A stretch of DNA of 64,000 nt from positions 773 through 64,772 of the forward strand of contig JAIDTT010000001.1 of assembly GCA_029060545.1 (NCBI GenBank), in the 5' to 3' direction. Numbering within the stretch: position 1 is the first letter of the stretch; every line of letters starts with the position of its first letter. Shown here in pieces: positions 46,809 through 56,863 of the stretch. Under the pieces are notes generated by a model. That model saw nothing but the letters and a program-made list of their open reading frames with translations. It was not told where the DNA came from and searched no databases. The stretch comes from Paramuribaculum sp. (GTDB taxonomy: Bacteria > Bacteroidota > Bacteroidia > Bacteroidales > Muribaculaceae). A program made the position numbers and the translations under genes.

Positions 46809-48752
46809 TTAGAAGTTAAACTTTTTGAGAGTAGTGATAGTACGCAGGATGCCTGCCACATTTGTGGCGTGGGAGATGGCGCCACGGCCTGAGAATGGCG
46901 GATTGCCGTCGTAGAGCTGGGAGAGTGAGCCGATGCAGGCCTGAGTCATCTCGTCTTCATAGCCGATAAGCATACGGTCGATGTAGCTTACGCCGCTGTG
47001 ACCGAATACCTTGAGGTAGGCGTCGGCATAGAAGCCGAAGAGCCACGGACGAGCCGGGCCATTGTGGAGTGCCATCTCGCGTTCTTCGGGTGAGCCGTGA
47101 TATGCCGGGCGGTAGCCGTAGCTCTTGGGCGAGAGCGTGCGGAGACCTTTGGGGGTGAGAAGCTCGCGGGTGACGACATCGAGTACGCTCTTGCGCTGAC
47201 GGCGGTCGAGCGGTGAGTAGTCAAGTCCGATAGCCACAGCCATATTGGGGCGCACGGAGGGATCGGCGTAGTTGTCGGCCACGTAGTCGTAGAGGTAGCC
47301 GAAGTCGTTGAGGAACATATCGACGAACGCCGGTTTTATCATCGCTGCGAGAGCTTCGGCATCAGCGTGGAGTATCTCGTAAGCGGGTTGCTCTTCGGTG
47401 AGCTGACGGGCAAACATCAGGGCATTGTACCAAAGGGCATTGAATTCCACGAGATAGCCCGTGCGAGGAACTACGGGACGCCCATAGAGCGAAGCGTTCA
47501 TCCACGATACCGGGGTATTGGTGCCGTTGGTGGTGAGCAGGCCGTTGTCGGTGGGATGGAGATTGGGATGGCGGCCGTCCTTGACATACGACACTATTTC
47601 GGCCACGAGCGGTAGATAGCGTTCGCGGCAGGCATCGGTGCCGTAGGCTTTGGCATATTGCTGCACGGCCCATACGCACCAGAGCGGTATGTCGGGCAGA
47701 TCGATGCCCTGAATGCGGCTGTCGGGCTGCCCCGTCTCCATAAAGTGGCGGAGAGCCTTGGCGGCTGTTGCCATTATTGCCTCGAAGTCGGCGCGGTGAT
47801 TGATGGCGATGGTATTGCCGGGAAGTGCCATGAAGGTGTTGCGGGCCAAAATCTTGCCCCAGGGATAACCGGAGAGCATATACATGCTGTCGCCCTCCTT
47901 GAGGTAGAACTGCTTGGCCGCATTCTTGAGGCAATTGAAGAAGCTGGTACGACAGGTGCGTACAGCTATCTCATTTTGATACATCTTGGTGAGTGAGCGG
48001 GGGCTTACTTCCGACAGGCCGGCTGAGAAGATGATGGATTCGCCTTTCTTGATGGGTATTTCAAAGTATCCGGGAACCCAGAGGTCTTCCACATAGGGTA
48101 CGCCACGCTCCATATCCTTGATGTACTCAAAGCCGTTGTACCAATTGGGCTCGAAGTGCCATTCTGGCTTGTGATTGAACTGCATGAAGAGTGTGGGGTA
48201 GCCCGGATAGAGGCAAGTGGATACGCCATTGGCTACTGGAGTGCAGGTGCCGTTGAGATTGCCGTTGGCCATTACGAGCTGATTTACTTCGCGGAATGCG
48301 AGCATCGGGCGGAAGCGGAGAGTCGTGGGGGAGTGGGCTTCGATGAGAGTGTAGCGGATGAGAATACGGTTTTCGTTGGAGATGAATATTTTCTCCTTTG
48401 TGAGAATCACGCCTCCGACGCGGTAGGTGGTGCGTGGTACGCTCTCACAGTCGAATTCACGTATGTATTTGTGTCCGTTGGGACTATATACACCGCCCTG
48501 ATAGCGATGAAGTCCGAGATTGAATTGGGCACCGTGCTGGATCACCGATACATCCATCGACGAAAGAAGCACGTGCCACGAATTGTCCATCTCGGGGATG
48601 GGCACTACGAGCAGGCCGTGCTGCTTGCGTGTATTGCAATCGACGACAGAGGTACAGTGATAAGCGCCCGACTGATTGGTGCGGAGCATCTCTTTGAGAA
48701 GCGATTGCTCCAGATTAATCATCTGGTTTTTATCAAATTTAAGGTAACTCAT
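46809..48752 (-). CDS. Amylo-alpha-1,6-glucosidase / glycogen debranching enzyme (GH133-like)
   Basis: GDE N-terminal domain (CNTRKQHGLL), SGYPW, SWMNA, VEFNALWYNAL, VRPNMAVA, LLTPKGLRTLSP, YDGNPP. Confidence 0.88.
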   Translation of the reverse strand: MSYLKFDKNQMINLEQSLLKEMLRTNQSGAYHCTSVVDCNTRKQHGLLVVPIPEMDNSWHVLLSSMDVSVIQHGAQFNLGLHRYQGGVYSPNGHKYIREFDCESVPRTTYRVGGVILTKEKIFISNENRILIRYTLIEAHSPTTLRFRPMLAFREVNQLVMANGNLNGTCTPVANGVSTCLYPGYPTLFMQFNHKPEWHFEPNWYNGFEYIKDMERGVPYVEDLWVPGYFEIPIKKGESIIFSAGLSEVSPRSLTKMYQNEIAVRTCRTSFFNCLKNAAKQFYLKEGDSMYMLSGYPWGKILARNTFMALPGNTIAINHRADFEAIMATAAKALRHFMETGQPDSRIQGIDLPDIPLWCVWAVQQYAKAYGTDACRERYLPLVAEIVSYVKDGRHPNLHPTDNGLLTTNGTNTPVSWMNASLYGRPVVPRTGYLVEFNALWYNALMFARQLTEEQPAYEILHADAEALAAMIKPAFVDMFLNDFGYLYDYVADNYADPSVRPNMAVAIGLDYSPLDRRQRKSVLDVVTRELLTPKGLRTLSPKSYGYRPAYHGSPEEREMALHNGPARPWLFGFYADAYLKVFGHSGVSYIDRMLIGYEDEMTQACIGSLSQLYDGNPPFSGRGAISHATNVAGILRTITTLKKFNF

Positions 48753-48809
48753 GGGTATGGTGAAATTTTGGTATTATTCGTTTCGGTTACGATGATTGAT
48801 ATAAGTATG

Positions 48810-48817
48810 CGAAAATA
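48810..48817 (-). promoter_or_regulatory. Variant -7 element for the glycogen operon
   Basis: Minus strand TATTTTCG (one mismatch to TAnnTTTG) in an AT-rich intergenic region. Confidence 0.4.
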
Positions 48818-48856
48818 GTAAAGATTTCGAGTATTGTCAAGTTTTAAGGCTATAAA

Positions 48857-50221
48857 TCACACTTTTTTGTCGATAATGCACAATTGGCGGTATATCATCG
48901 CTGCCGCGACGAGGGTGGCGATGAGGTCGGAGATGGGAAATGAGCTCCATATTCCCTGCAGCTGATACATACGCGGAAGGATGAGCAGGAGAGGGATGAG
49001 GAAGAGCACCTGGCGGGTGAGGGAGAGGAAGATGGACTGCCCGACCTTTCCTATCGACTGGAAGAAAGTCGTGGATACGATCTGGAATCCCACTACCACG
49101 AAGCAGAGCATTGCGATGCGGAATCCGGATGCTGTGGTGGCTATCAGAGCAGCATCGGAGGTGAATGCGCGGGCTATAAGATCAGGAAACAGCAGTCCGA
49201 TGGCGCATCCTGCGGCTACTACGCAGGTAGCCCAGAGCACAGCCGTCCAGTAGGCACGCTTGAGCCGGTCAAGTCGGCCGGCGCCGTAGTTGTAGCCTAC
49301 GATCGGCTGCATACCCTGACAGATACCTACCACCACCATGCATATCAGAGAGGTGAAGGTGACGAAGATACCGGCGGCAGCCACGGCATTATCGCCTCCG
49401 TGGAGGTAGAGAGTCTTGTTCATGATCACGTTTATGAAGCAGGATGCAGCATTGACCAGCGATGGCGCAGCGCCGATTCCGATAATATCGAGCACTATAC
49501 TGCGGCGAAGGCGGAAGCTCCCGCGGCGGAAGTGGAGATTGTGGGATGGTCGGCAGAAGTGGGTGATGGTATAGATGGTGACAAGGCTCATGGCCAGGTC
49601 GGTAGCGATGGCCGCACCTTTGATGCCGAGGCCAAGGGCGAATATGAATATCGGAGCGAGTATCAGATTGGCGCCCGCGCCTATCATCATGGATAGCATG
49701 GCCTTAATCGGGTAGCCGGAGGCGCGCATCACGTTGGTGAGCGAAAAGCCGATGTTCATGATAAGCATACCCGGCATGATGAAGGTCATGAAATCGTGGG
49801 CGTAGGGGAGCGACGCGTCACTTGCACCGAATGCGATGAGTATGTCGTCGATGAATATCCACATTAGGGATATGTAGACGGTAGCGTTGATAATAATGAG
49901 CGTCAGAGAGTTGCCGAGTACGAGCGAAGCACGGTCGCGGTCTCCGGCCCCCATGAATATAGATGTGCGTGCAGCGGCACCGGCACCGATGAGTACGCCG
50001 AGAGCGGCGGCAATGTTCATCACCGGAAATGTGATGGCGAGGCCGGCGATAGCCTCTGTACCTACTCCCTGACCGATGAATATACGGTCGATTACGTTGT
50101 AGAGCGACATTACGAGCATACCCACCACGGCGGGCAGGGAGTAATCCCACAGCAGCCGGCTGATGCGACCTGTGGCCAGAAGATTCATATTGCCATTTGT
50201 GGCGCTTTGTGTCTGTGACAT
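48857..50221 (-). CDS. MATE family efflux transporter
   Basis: 12 TM; SLYNVIDRIFIG, NVMRASGYP, NLILAPIFIF..GIKGAAIAT, QPIVGYNYGAG. Start at ATG 50221 (MSQTQ). Confidence 0.93.
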   Translation of the reverse strand: MSQTQSATNGNMNLLATGRISRLLWDYSLPAVVGMLVMSLYNVIDRIFIGQGVGTEAIAGLAITFPVMNIAAALGVLIGAGAAARTSIFMGAGDRDRASLVLGNSLTLIIINATVYISLMWIFIDDILIAFGASDASLPYAHDFMTFIMPGMLIMNIGFSLTNVMRASGYPIKAMLSMMIGAGANLILAPIFIFALGLGIKGAAIATDLAMSLVTIYTITHFCRPSHNLHFRRGSFRLRRSIVLDIIGIGAAPSLVNAASCFINVIMNKTLYLHGGDNAVAAAGIFVTFTSLICMVVVGICQGMQPIVGYNYGAGRLDRLKRAYWTAVLWATCVVAAGCAIGLLFPDLIARAFTSDAALIATTASGFRIAMLCFVVVGFQIVSTTFFQSIGKVGQSIFLSLTRQVLFLIPLLLILPRMYQLQGIWSSFPISDLIATLVAAAMIYRQLCIIDKKV

Positions 50222-50232
50222 AGTGGTGAGAA

Positions 50233-50823
50233 TCAGGATTGTCCGTATTTGCCTGAACGGATGCGGTAGAGTGTTTCGCGAGTCATACCCAGCAGCGAGG
50301 CTATCTGGGTGGCGTTGAGGCGTTTGTTGATTTCGGGATAACGGGTTAAAAGCCAACGGTATCGTTCTACGGCCGAACCGGTCTGGAAGAGGATAAGACG
50401 CTCCTCGAGAGTGCGGCTGTGGGAGTAGAGCGACAGAAGGAATACTTCGGCGAAGGAGCCGAAGATGTCGGGCGGAGCCGACTTGAGGATGGAGTGAATC
50501 TTATCCATGGGAGTGACCACTACCGTGGTGGGCTCGATAAATTCGATTCGGGTAGAGGCTGCGGGATTGTCGAGGAGCGAGTGAAACACGGTGAGAAATT
50601 CGCCGTCGACAGCTACCGAGTAAGTGTGTTCCTTACCATTTTTGAGGAAATAGAGCCTCGCGCAGCCTTTGGTGATATACATCGACAGATGACGCATTTC
50701 CGCCGAGGAGTCGATATGCTCTCCGCGCTTGAAGTGGCGTATTACGGCGAGTTCCTTGATCTGCTCGTCGAGGTGTGGATGCTCGTCGAGAATCGTGCGG
50801 GCCTTTTCTATATATCTGAGCAT
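50233..50823 (-). CDS. Crp/Fnr family transcriptional regulator
   Basis: cNMP-binding barrel (YITKGCARLYFLKNGKEHT), C-helix SAVERYRWL, HTH QIASLLGMTRETLYRIR. Start at ATG 50823. Confidence 0.88.
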   Translation of the reverse strand: MLRYIEKARTILDEHPHLDEQIKELAVIRHFKRGEHIDSSAEMRHLSMYITKGCARLYFLKNGKEHTYSVAVDGEFLTVFHSLLDNPAASTRIEFIEPTTVVVTPMDKIHSILKSAPPDIFGSFAEVFLLSLYSHSRTLEERLILFQTGSAVERYRWLLTRYPEINKRLNATQIASLLGMTRETLYRIRSGKYGQS

Positions 50824-51308
50824 ATATCGAAGAGTATGAAATTGATACGGCTTGTCACCGTGTACGGGTAGCAGCGCGTGCTGACGCGCGCCGGTGGCGA
50901 TTCGCGATAGTAGAATGTGAGTTGTGTGTCCCACGACGGAGTGTCGACCTTGCGAGTCTCACCGGCGGGAATGTCGACCGGTATCGTGATGGTGCGGCGG
51001 TGGAGCTGGCGGCCGGACGAGTCGATGTATTCAAGGGTGACGTCGATAGCTGAAATCGAGCGTGGGGATGCATTAGTCACGAAGAATGTCTCCCTGCGTG
51101 AGCGAAGCGGTTTGTTGTAGCCCGAAAGGCTGACGACCGAGTCGGCCGGACTGAATAATGTATCTGCAGCAGTTGCTGTGGCCGTCGGTCGGTGCGAAGG
51201 CTTAACGCCGCGGCGAGTGGTTCGCTGCGCGTCTGCGGTGATGCTATGGAGAAGCATAGTCGCTAATACCATAGGTATGATCAATATTTTGGCAAGACGT
51301 AGCTTCAT
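50808..51308 (-). CDS. Exported hypothetical protein (FxLYD-like Ig fold)
   Basis: Signal peptide (TADA-Q); SGYNKPLRSRRETFFVTN...VTLEYIDSSGRQL...IPAGETRKVD..SWD. Confidence 0.65.
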   Translation of the reverse strand: MKLRLAKILIIPMVLATMLLHSITADAQRTTRRGVKPSHRPTATATAADTLFSPADSVVSLSGYNKPLRSRRETFFVTNASPRSISAIDVTLEYIDSSGRQLHRRTITIPVDIPAGETRKVDTPSWDTQLTFYYRESPPARVSTRCYPYTVTSRINFILFDICSDI

Positions 51309-51916
51309 AGATATACCGGCTCAAGCGGAGGCGACGGCTGCGGATACCGGCGTACACAACCTGTTCGGGTGATGTTCTGATACTCCGGCGTGATGGGGTA
51401 ACGCCATAGATATGGTGCGAAGCGCCAAAGAAACACGAGCATCTGCGAATTGTGTTTGCGGAGCGAGAAAGAATTGTCGGAGCTGTCCAGTGTGATGGTG
51501 AATGTCTTGGGTATGGTTAGATGTGAACCAACCGCGGAAGTGTAGATTCGGGCCGTATAGACCCTCTCTTTGTCGGCCCGGGATATATGTCCCATTATTG
51601 TACCCGGGCGGATGGTGCGGTTGGGGGCATCCACCACAATCATCAGATAATGATCTGATTCGTTGGCGCTCACCGGCTGATATACTGAGCGGCGTACGAT
51701 GGCTACTTCTACATCGGTATCATTGTATTGCCAAACGCCTTCGATGTGGTGAAGGGTCATGGCCGACAGACGATCCACGAGGTCGGTGTATGAGAAGTCA
51801 GGAATCGGAGCCTCGGAGCCGGCCGGAAGACGGTCGACGAATTTACCCGCCCACGCCGATGGTGCTTGTGCGGCGATACCTGCGAGCAGGGCGATTACCA
51901 TGCATCTCAGCCTCAT
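51305..51916 (-). CDS. Exported hypothetical protein
   Basis: Signal peptide; HHIEGVWQY, RPGTIMG; coupled to both neighbours by ATGA overlaps. Confidence 0.7.
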   Translation of the reverse strand: MRLRCMVIALLAGIAAQAPSAWAGKFVDRLPAGSEAPIPDFSYTDLVDRLSAMTLHHIEGVWQYNDTDVEVAIVRRSVYQPVSANESDHYLMIVVDAPNRTIRPGTIMGHISRADKERVYTARIYTSAVGSHLTIPKTFTITLDSSDNSFSLRKHNSQMLVFLWRFAPYLWRYPITPEYQNITRTGCVRRYPQPSPPLEPVYL

Positions 51917-53274
51917 ACGCCGAAGTGGTAGGAGAATCCGAAGCTGAATATCTCTTTAAGTTGCAGTTTGCTCCAGCGTGAGTCTTCGATGTGGGGCGTG
52001 GAGGTGTCGTAACGGAAGTGTACGTAGAGACGTGTGGAGAGGAATCGGTTGATATTGAAATCAATGGTGTTTTCCCAATCAGTGTATGCGTAGTCGTAGT
52101 CAGTGAAGCCGAACAGACGTGTCGTGTACGTGATGTTGTAGGCTATCTTCCACTGCATATTGAGTTCGGCGCTCGAACCGACTTTGTTTTTCACCCGCCG
52201 CCCATTGTCTATGCCATACGTCGTCGGGTCTATCATGGGTGATGTGCATGTCTTCATGTTCCACGACAGAGGAGAGAGCGACAAGCCGAGTGTAAGGGTA
52301 TTCTTGGGGTTGGTGTAGTTGTATGTCATACCGAGGCCGACGTTGAGTTCTCCGGGGGAGAGGAAAGCGGCCTTCCGTACGCGTGAATTTGTGGGATAGC
52401 TGTTGAAGAGCTGCGTCTTGAACATCACGTTGGCCGAGTAGAACCATCTGCGTGCGGCTTTAAGACCCATTGTTGCATTGATTTGGAATATATCCTCGGT
52501 GATGTTGATGGAATGTATCGAATCGTCGGGGGCACTGTTAAGGGCGAGCTTGTAGGCTACCGAGAGGTCGAAGAGATAATCGGGATAGAACTTCTGATTG
52601 AGCTTGAGGTTGTAGAGCAGCTGGCCTATCATATTGAGGTTGTTGTTGCCGCCCTGATACCAGTTGGGCGAGATGTAGGCCTGGGAGAACTGCACGGAGG
52701 CATTGAAGGAATTGAGCCAGATGCGGCGCTCCACCTCGGGAGTGATGGTGCCTACGCGATCGTCGACTTTGGTCTCTTCGATCACGATGCGCGATGTTAC
52801 CGGGTCGATGAAGCCGTGATATGTCTTGGGGATGCCGGGCAGAGTGCGTATGTTGTATCGTACGATCTGGGGGCTTGTATACATTGTCTTATGGCGGATG
52901 TATTGCATCAGATCGTCGGAGTTGTCGTAGTCGCCCAGCCAGTTGTTGGCGATAGTGATGTTAGGGTCAATGCCTATTTTGTCTGTTGGGAAGAGGTCGG
53001 GAGCAGTGATCTGGTCGTTGAATTCCGAGAATACGAGCGGACCGAAATATGAGCGTAGCAGCGGACGGGGCAGGCGCTGAGCGGCTACGATGGAGTCGAA
53101 ATCGGGTTGATCGATGAGAGGTGTGTAGTCTGCATCAAAGGTGATGGAGTCACTGATTGAATCTGCAACTGTGACGGGATGCGACCAGTAAGGCGACAGC
53201 GCCTTTTTTGCCTCAATGCCCGATGTGGCAAGGCAGAGAGTTATCAGGATGAGTGGAAGGCGGAGGGCTTTCAT
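51913..53274 (-). CDS. DUF3078-like outer-membrane beta-barrel protein
   Basis: Signal peptide; SVQFSQAYISPNWYQGG, FKTQLFNSY, AFLSPGELNVGLG, WENTIDFNINRFL, C-terminal FSFGFSYHF. Confidence 0.8.
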   Translation of the reverse strand: MKALRLPLILITLCLATSGIEAKKALSPYWSHPVTVADSISDSITFDADYTPLIDQPDFDSIVAAQRLPRPLLRSYFGPLVFSEFNDQITAPDLFPTDKIGIDPNITIANNWLGDYDNSDDLMQYIRHKTMYTSPQIVRYNIRTLPGIPKTYHGFIDPVTSRIVIEETKVDDRVGTITPEVERRIWLNSFNASVQFSQAYISPNWYQGGNNNLNMIGQLLYNLKLNQKFYPDYLFDLSVAYKLALNSAPDDSIHSINITEDIFQINATMGLKAARRWFYSANVMFKTQLFNSYPTNSRVRKAAFLSPGELNVGLGMTYNYTNPKNTLTLGLSLSPLSWNMKTCTSPMIDPTTYGIDNGRRVKNKVGSSAELNMQWKIAYNITYTTRLFGFTDYDYAYTDWENTIDFNINRFLSTRLYVHFRYDTSTPHIEDSRWSKLQLKEIFSFGFSYHFGV

Positions 53275-53339
53275 ATTATATATTGAAGAATTTTGGATAT
53301 ATTGTGGTGTGGTATTGACAGTTCGGACTGACCGCTGTA

Positions 53340-55010
53340 TTATCTTCTCCTCTTCGACGATTTCTTTTTAGGTGTGGACGCAGCTGTCGATTTCTTCGAT
53401 GGTATCTTGAGCTTTTGTCCTATCTGGATACGGGTGTTGCTCTTGCTCATATTATTGGCGCGCTGTATGTCGGCTACGGTAGTGCCATAGCGACGGGCGA
53501 GAGCATCAAGGGTATCGCCGGCCTTGACAGTGTGGGTGGTGTATTTAGGCTGTTGTGGCTGTTCTTTCTTCTTTTGGGGAGCTGCAGGAGCTGTGGGAGC
53601 TGTCTGCTTGGGGGCGGGCGCCGGAGCGGTGACGGTGGTGGGCTGTGTGGGAGCTGTAGATGCGTTGGCCAGCTCTCTGGGATATGTCTTGATTATAATA
53701 TCGTCGCCCTCTTTCACTTTACCACGGCGCAGATTGTTCCATCCTTTGATATCAGTGGAACTTACTGAGTAGAGTTTGGCAATGTCACGCAGGCTTTCAC
53801 CGCGAGCTACGGTATGGTGTATTATCACTACGCTGTCGGCAACCTGAGTGGGAATGTCGACGTTAGTAGGCGCATTTTGTGTCTGTGCTTGTGTTAGTTC
53901 GGCGTTGGAGATGGGTGTCTCGTCGGCGCGGCGTCCCGGTTCTACGTAGGAGCGACGTGCATAGAGATCTGCGTTATAGGCGAGGATAGAGTCCTGACTT
54001 ACGATGTAGCTCAGGCACTGCTGCGAGGGGAGTACGAGCTTGTAGGGGTGATAATCGCCGGGTATTATATCTTTCTTAAACTGAGGGTTGAGCATTCGGA
54101 TCTCCTCGATCGGGATGCGGAGCACTGCGGCAATCTGCTCGAAATGAACGCGGTCCGACACGTCGATGGTGTCAGTGACGAGCTGCTGCTTCACTACGGT
54201 AGGTTGTATGCCGTAGCGGTCGTGGTAGTTCATCACATAATTGGCGGCGATGAACGATGGCACGTAACCGCGTGTTTCAGCCGGGAGATAGTTGTAGATC
54301 TCCCAAAAATCCTTACCTCCGCCGGCGCGGCGAATAGCTTTGTTTACGTTGCCCGGACCGCAGTTGTAGGCAGCGATGGCAAGCGACCAGTCGTTGTAGA
54401 TATTATAGAGTTGTTTGAGGTACTTCACTGCGTTTGCGCTACTTACTCGAGGATCGCAACGCTCGTCAACGAGGGAGTTGATCTCCATACCGAGTCCGGT
54501 GGCAGTCTTGGGCATGAACTGCCATAGACCGGTGGCGCCGGCGCGTGATACGGCCACAGGATTTATGGCCGATTCGATTACCGGAAGATACTGCAGCTCG
54601 TGAGGTACGCCTGCCCGTTCGATCTCCTCGATGAAGATGTGGCCATAGTAGTTGTGGAGCGCGAGCATATTCGACACAAGTTTGCGGCGCTTGCCCAGAT
54701 ACATGTCTATATATTTGCCTACAAGAGGATTGAATGGCATCTCGATGCCGGAGGGTAGTCGGCTCAGGAGTTTCTCGTATTCCTCATACGTACCGGTCTG
54801 GGGCACGGTGTCGGTGCCCGAGTTCTCAGTGAAATTTTTCAGATAGAAATTTTCCTCCAGGATTCGTGTCTGAGTTTCGAAGCTCTCGGGGGGGATGATG
54901 TTGTCGTCGGAAATCGAGTGCTTGATGTCGAGGATGTTGGGCAATGCCGAGGCGGAGAGAGCCATCGCAGCGCCGGAAAGCGTTATTAGAAATCGTTGGA
55001 GGTGGTTCAT
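53340..55010 (-). CDS. mltD: Membrane-bound lytic murein transglycosylase D-like (SLT plus LysM repeats)
   Basis: LPVIESAIN (catalytic Glu), AGATGLWQFM, LAIAAYNCGPGNV, ETRGYVP; LysM repeats HTVARGESL and HTVKAGDTL. Confidence 0.88.
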   Translation of the reverse strand: MNHLQRFLITLSGAAMALSASALPNILDIKHSISDDNIIPPESFETQTRILEENFYLKNFTENSGTDTVPQTGTYEEYEKLLSRLPSGIEMPFNPLVGKYIDMYLGKRRKLVSNMLALHNYYGHIFIEEIERAGVPHELQYLPVIESAINPVAVSRAGATGLWQFMPKTATGLGMEINSLVDERCDPRVSSANAVKYLKQLYNIYNDWSLAIAAYNCGPGNVNKAIRRAGGGKDFWEIYNYLPAETRGYVPSFIAANYVMNYHDRYGIQPTVVKQQLVTDTIDVSDRVHFEQIAAVLRIPIEEIRMLNPQFKKDIIPGDYHPYKLVLPSQQCLSYIVSQDSILAYNADLYARRSYVEPGRRADETPISNAELTQAQTQNAPTNVDIPTQVADSVVIIHHTVARGESLRDIAKLYSVSSTDIKGWNNLRRGKVKEGDDIIIKTYPRELANASTAPTQPTTVTAPAPAPKQTAPTAPAAPQKKKEQPQQPKYTTHTVKAGDTLDALARRYGTTVADIQRANNMSKSNTRIQIGQKLKIPSKKSTAASTPKKKSSKRRR

Positions 55011-55031
55011 TGCTTCTGAGAGGCGAAAGGT

Positions 55032-55880
55032 TTAAAAATTAAAAGCCCAATAGACTCCGATCGAGGGCCGTGAGGAGATATTGTCGCGCAGGAGAGTCGG
55101 AGCTATGCGCATCGTAAGGTCGGGAGAGATATCGAAGTTGGTGAGCGAAGCGTCGACGTATGCATCGACGATGGCCAGCAGATATACACCCACCATACCG
55201 ATGATGCAGAGATCGCGGTTGCGGCGGAAATAATCTTTGCGTCGTTTAAGCGTCTGTTCGAGCCATGTGCGGTTGAGCATCGACTCGTCGGTGGTAGGTG
55301 GGAAGAAGTCCATATATGATTTGGTGGACGGGTCGTTGTCCATCAGGTCGTAATATGCGCGTGTGTAGTCGGCGAGCATCGTATTGTTCCACGATGCACC
55401 GTAGCCCAGACCCATAAAGCCGCCTATCACTATGGGCAGCTTCCAGAAGCGACGGTTGTAGATCTGACCGAGTCCGGGGCATAGGGCGGCGAGCCAGACT
55501 GCGCGAGTGGGATCGGGCACGAATACCTTGCGCGACTGATCAGGAAGAGAGTCTGTGACCGTGCCGGAATAGAAGAGATCAAGGTCAGGGCTGTCTTCGA
55601 TCGGTATGGTATCCACCGGGGTGAGTTCGGCATTGCCCGCTGCATTGATGGAGATCTCGTCTTCCACCACAGCCGACGGGCCGACTGCGGGTGCTCCGAG
55701 AGGTATTGTATCAGGAAGAGTGGGGATGGAATCAGGGCGTGTAACTGTGCGCCGCTCGGGGCGGACAGGACGCCGTACCTGAGTGGTTGAAAAAATGTTA
55801 AATGGTGTCAACAGTATCAAAATTATGATACTGCCCACTATCGCAGACCTTCCGAGCCGATGTATGGAGCAATTTCGCAC
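55032..55880 (-). CDS. DUF5683-like membrane/exported protein
   Basis: PDPTRAVWLAALCPGLGQIYNRRFWKLPI, RRNRDL, AIVDAYVDASL. Start uncertain (GTG 55880). Confidence 0.78.
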   Translation of the reverse strand: MRNCSIHRLGRSAIVGSIIILILLTPFNIFSTTQVRRPVRPERRTVTRPDSIPTLPDTIPLGAPAVGPSAVVEDEISINAAGNAELTPVDTIPIEDSPDLDLFYSGTVTDSLPDQSRKVFVPDPTRAVWLAALCPGLGQIYNRRFWKLPIVIGGFMGLGYGASWNNTMLADYTRAYYDLMDNDPSTKSYMDFFPPTTDESMLNRTWLEQTLKRRKDYFRRNRDLCIIGMVGVYLLAIVDAYVDASLTNFDISPDLTMRIAPTLLRDNISSRPSIGVYWAFNF

Positions 55881-55958
55881 TGTGTGATACGATCGGGATT
55901 AAATGATTGGTATTCACGCTTGTTGGGCGTGAATTGATGACCGGATACGGAGGTTGTG

Positions 55959-56846
55959 TCAGTGCCCGGCCGGTTTTATTTCTTCAAATATAGTAATTAA
56001 TCTCTCAAGTTCAGCCTCGTTCTTGAAGCTGAATGTGATTTTTCCCTTTCCCGACTTGCTCATGGAGAAGGTGACAGGGAGGTCGAATCGCTTGGTGAGG
56101 TGGTCGCCCATAATATCGAAGTCGGCTTTAGAAGGAGCGGCTTTTGCCGGGGTGTTCACAGCCTCCGTGCCCTCCTGGCGTATCGACTTGGCGAGTTGTT
56201 CTACCTTGCGCACCGATAGGTCTTCCTTGAGTATGCGGTTATAGATCTGAAGCTGACGGGTGGGGTCGTCGATGGAGAGGAGTGCGCGGGCATGACCCAT
56301 ATCCACACGCTTGTCGCGCAGGCCGAGCTGCACTTCGGCGGGGAGGCGGAGCAGGCGCAGGAAGTTAGCTATGGTGGCGCGCTTCTTGCCGATGCGTTCG
56401 CTCAGACGTTCCTGAGTGAGCGAATACTGATCGATGAGCTTCTTGAACGTGAGCGCGATTTCGATGGCATTGAGATCCTCGCGCTGGATATTCTCGATTA
56501 GTGCCATCTCGGTGAGCTCCACTTCACTTACGTTGCGGATGTAGGCGGGCACAGTGGTGAGGCCGGCCATACGTGCGGCGCGGAAGCGGCGTTCGCCGGC
56601 TATGATCTGATATGTGCCGTCGGGGGTATGGCGCAGCGAGAGGGGCTGGATGATGCCAAGTTCTCGTATGGATGCGGCAAGTTCGGCCAGAGCTTCCTCG
56701 TCGAATGTGCGTCGGGGCTGGTCGGGATTGGCCGTGATCTTGTCGAGGGCTACTTCATTGATGGCTGATGAACCGCGGGCGGGTACGTCGTCCATCGAGA
56801 TGAGCGAGTCGAGGCCGCGGCCGAGGGCTGTGCGTTTAAGAGCCAT
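55959..56846 (-). CDS. parB: Chromosome partitioning protein ParB
   Basis: ALGRGLDSLI, NPDQPRR, IIAGERRFRA, ALIENIQREDLNAIE, HTH GKKRATIANFLRLL. Confidence 0.96.
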   Translation of the reverse strand: MALKRTALGRGLDSLISMDDVPARGSSAINEVALDKITANPDQPRRTFDEEALAELAASIRELGIIQPLSLRHTPDGTYQIIAGERRFRAARMAGLTTVPAYIRNVSEVELTEMALIENIQREDLNAIEIALTFKKLIDQYSLTQERLSERIGKKRATIANFLRLLRLPAEVQLGLRDKRVDMGHARALLSIDDPTRQLQIYNRILKEDLSVRKVEQLAKSIRQEGTEAVNTPAKAAPSKADFDIMGDHLTKRFDLPVTFSMSKSGKGKITFSFKNEAELERLITIFEEIKPAGH

Positions 56847-56863
56847 ATTGTTTGTGGTATTAA

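Noticed and set aside
55912-55934. ATTCACGC/GCGTGAAT hairpin between parB and DUF5683
   Set aside because: Only 8 bp and no U-tract; insufficient support for a terminator call.
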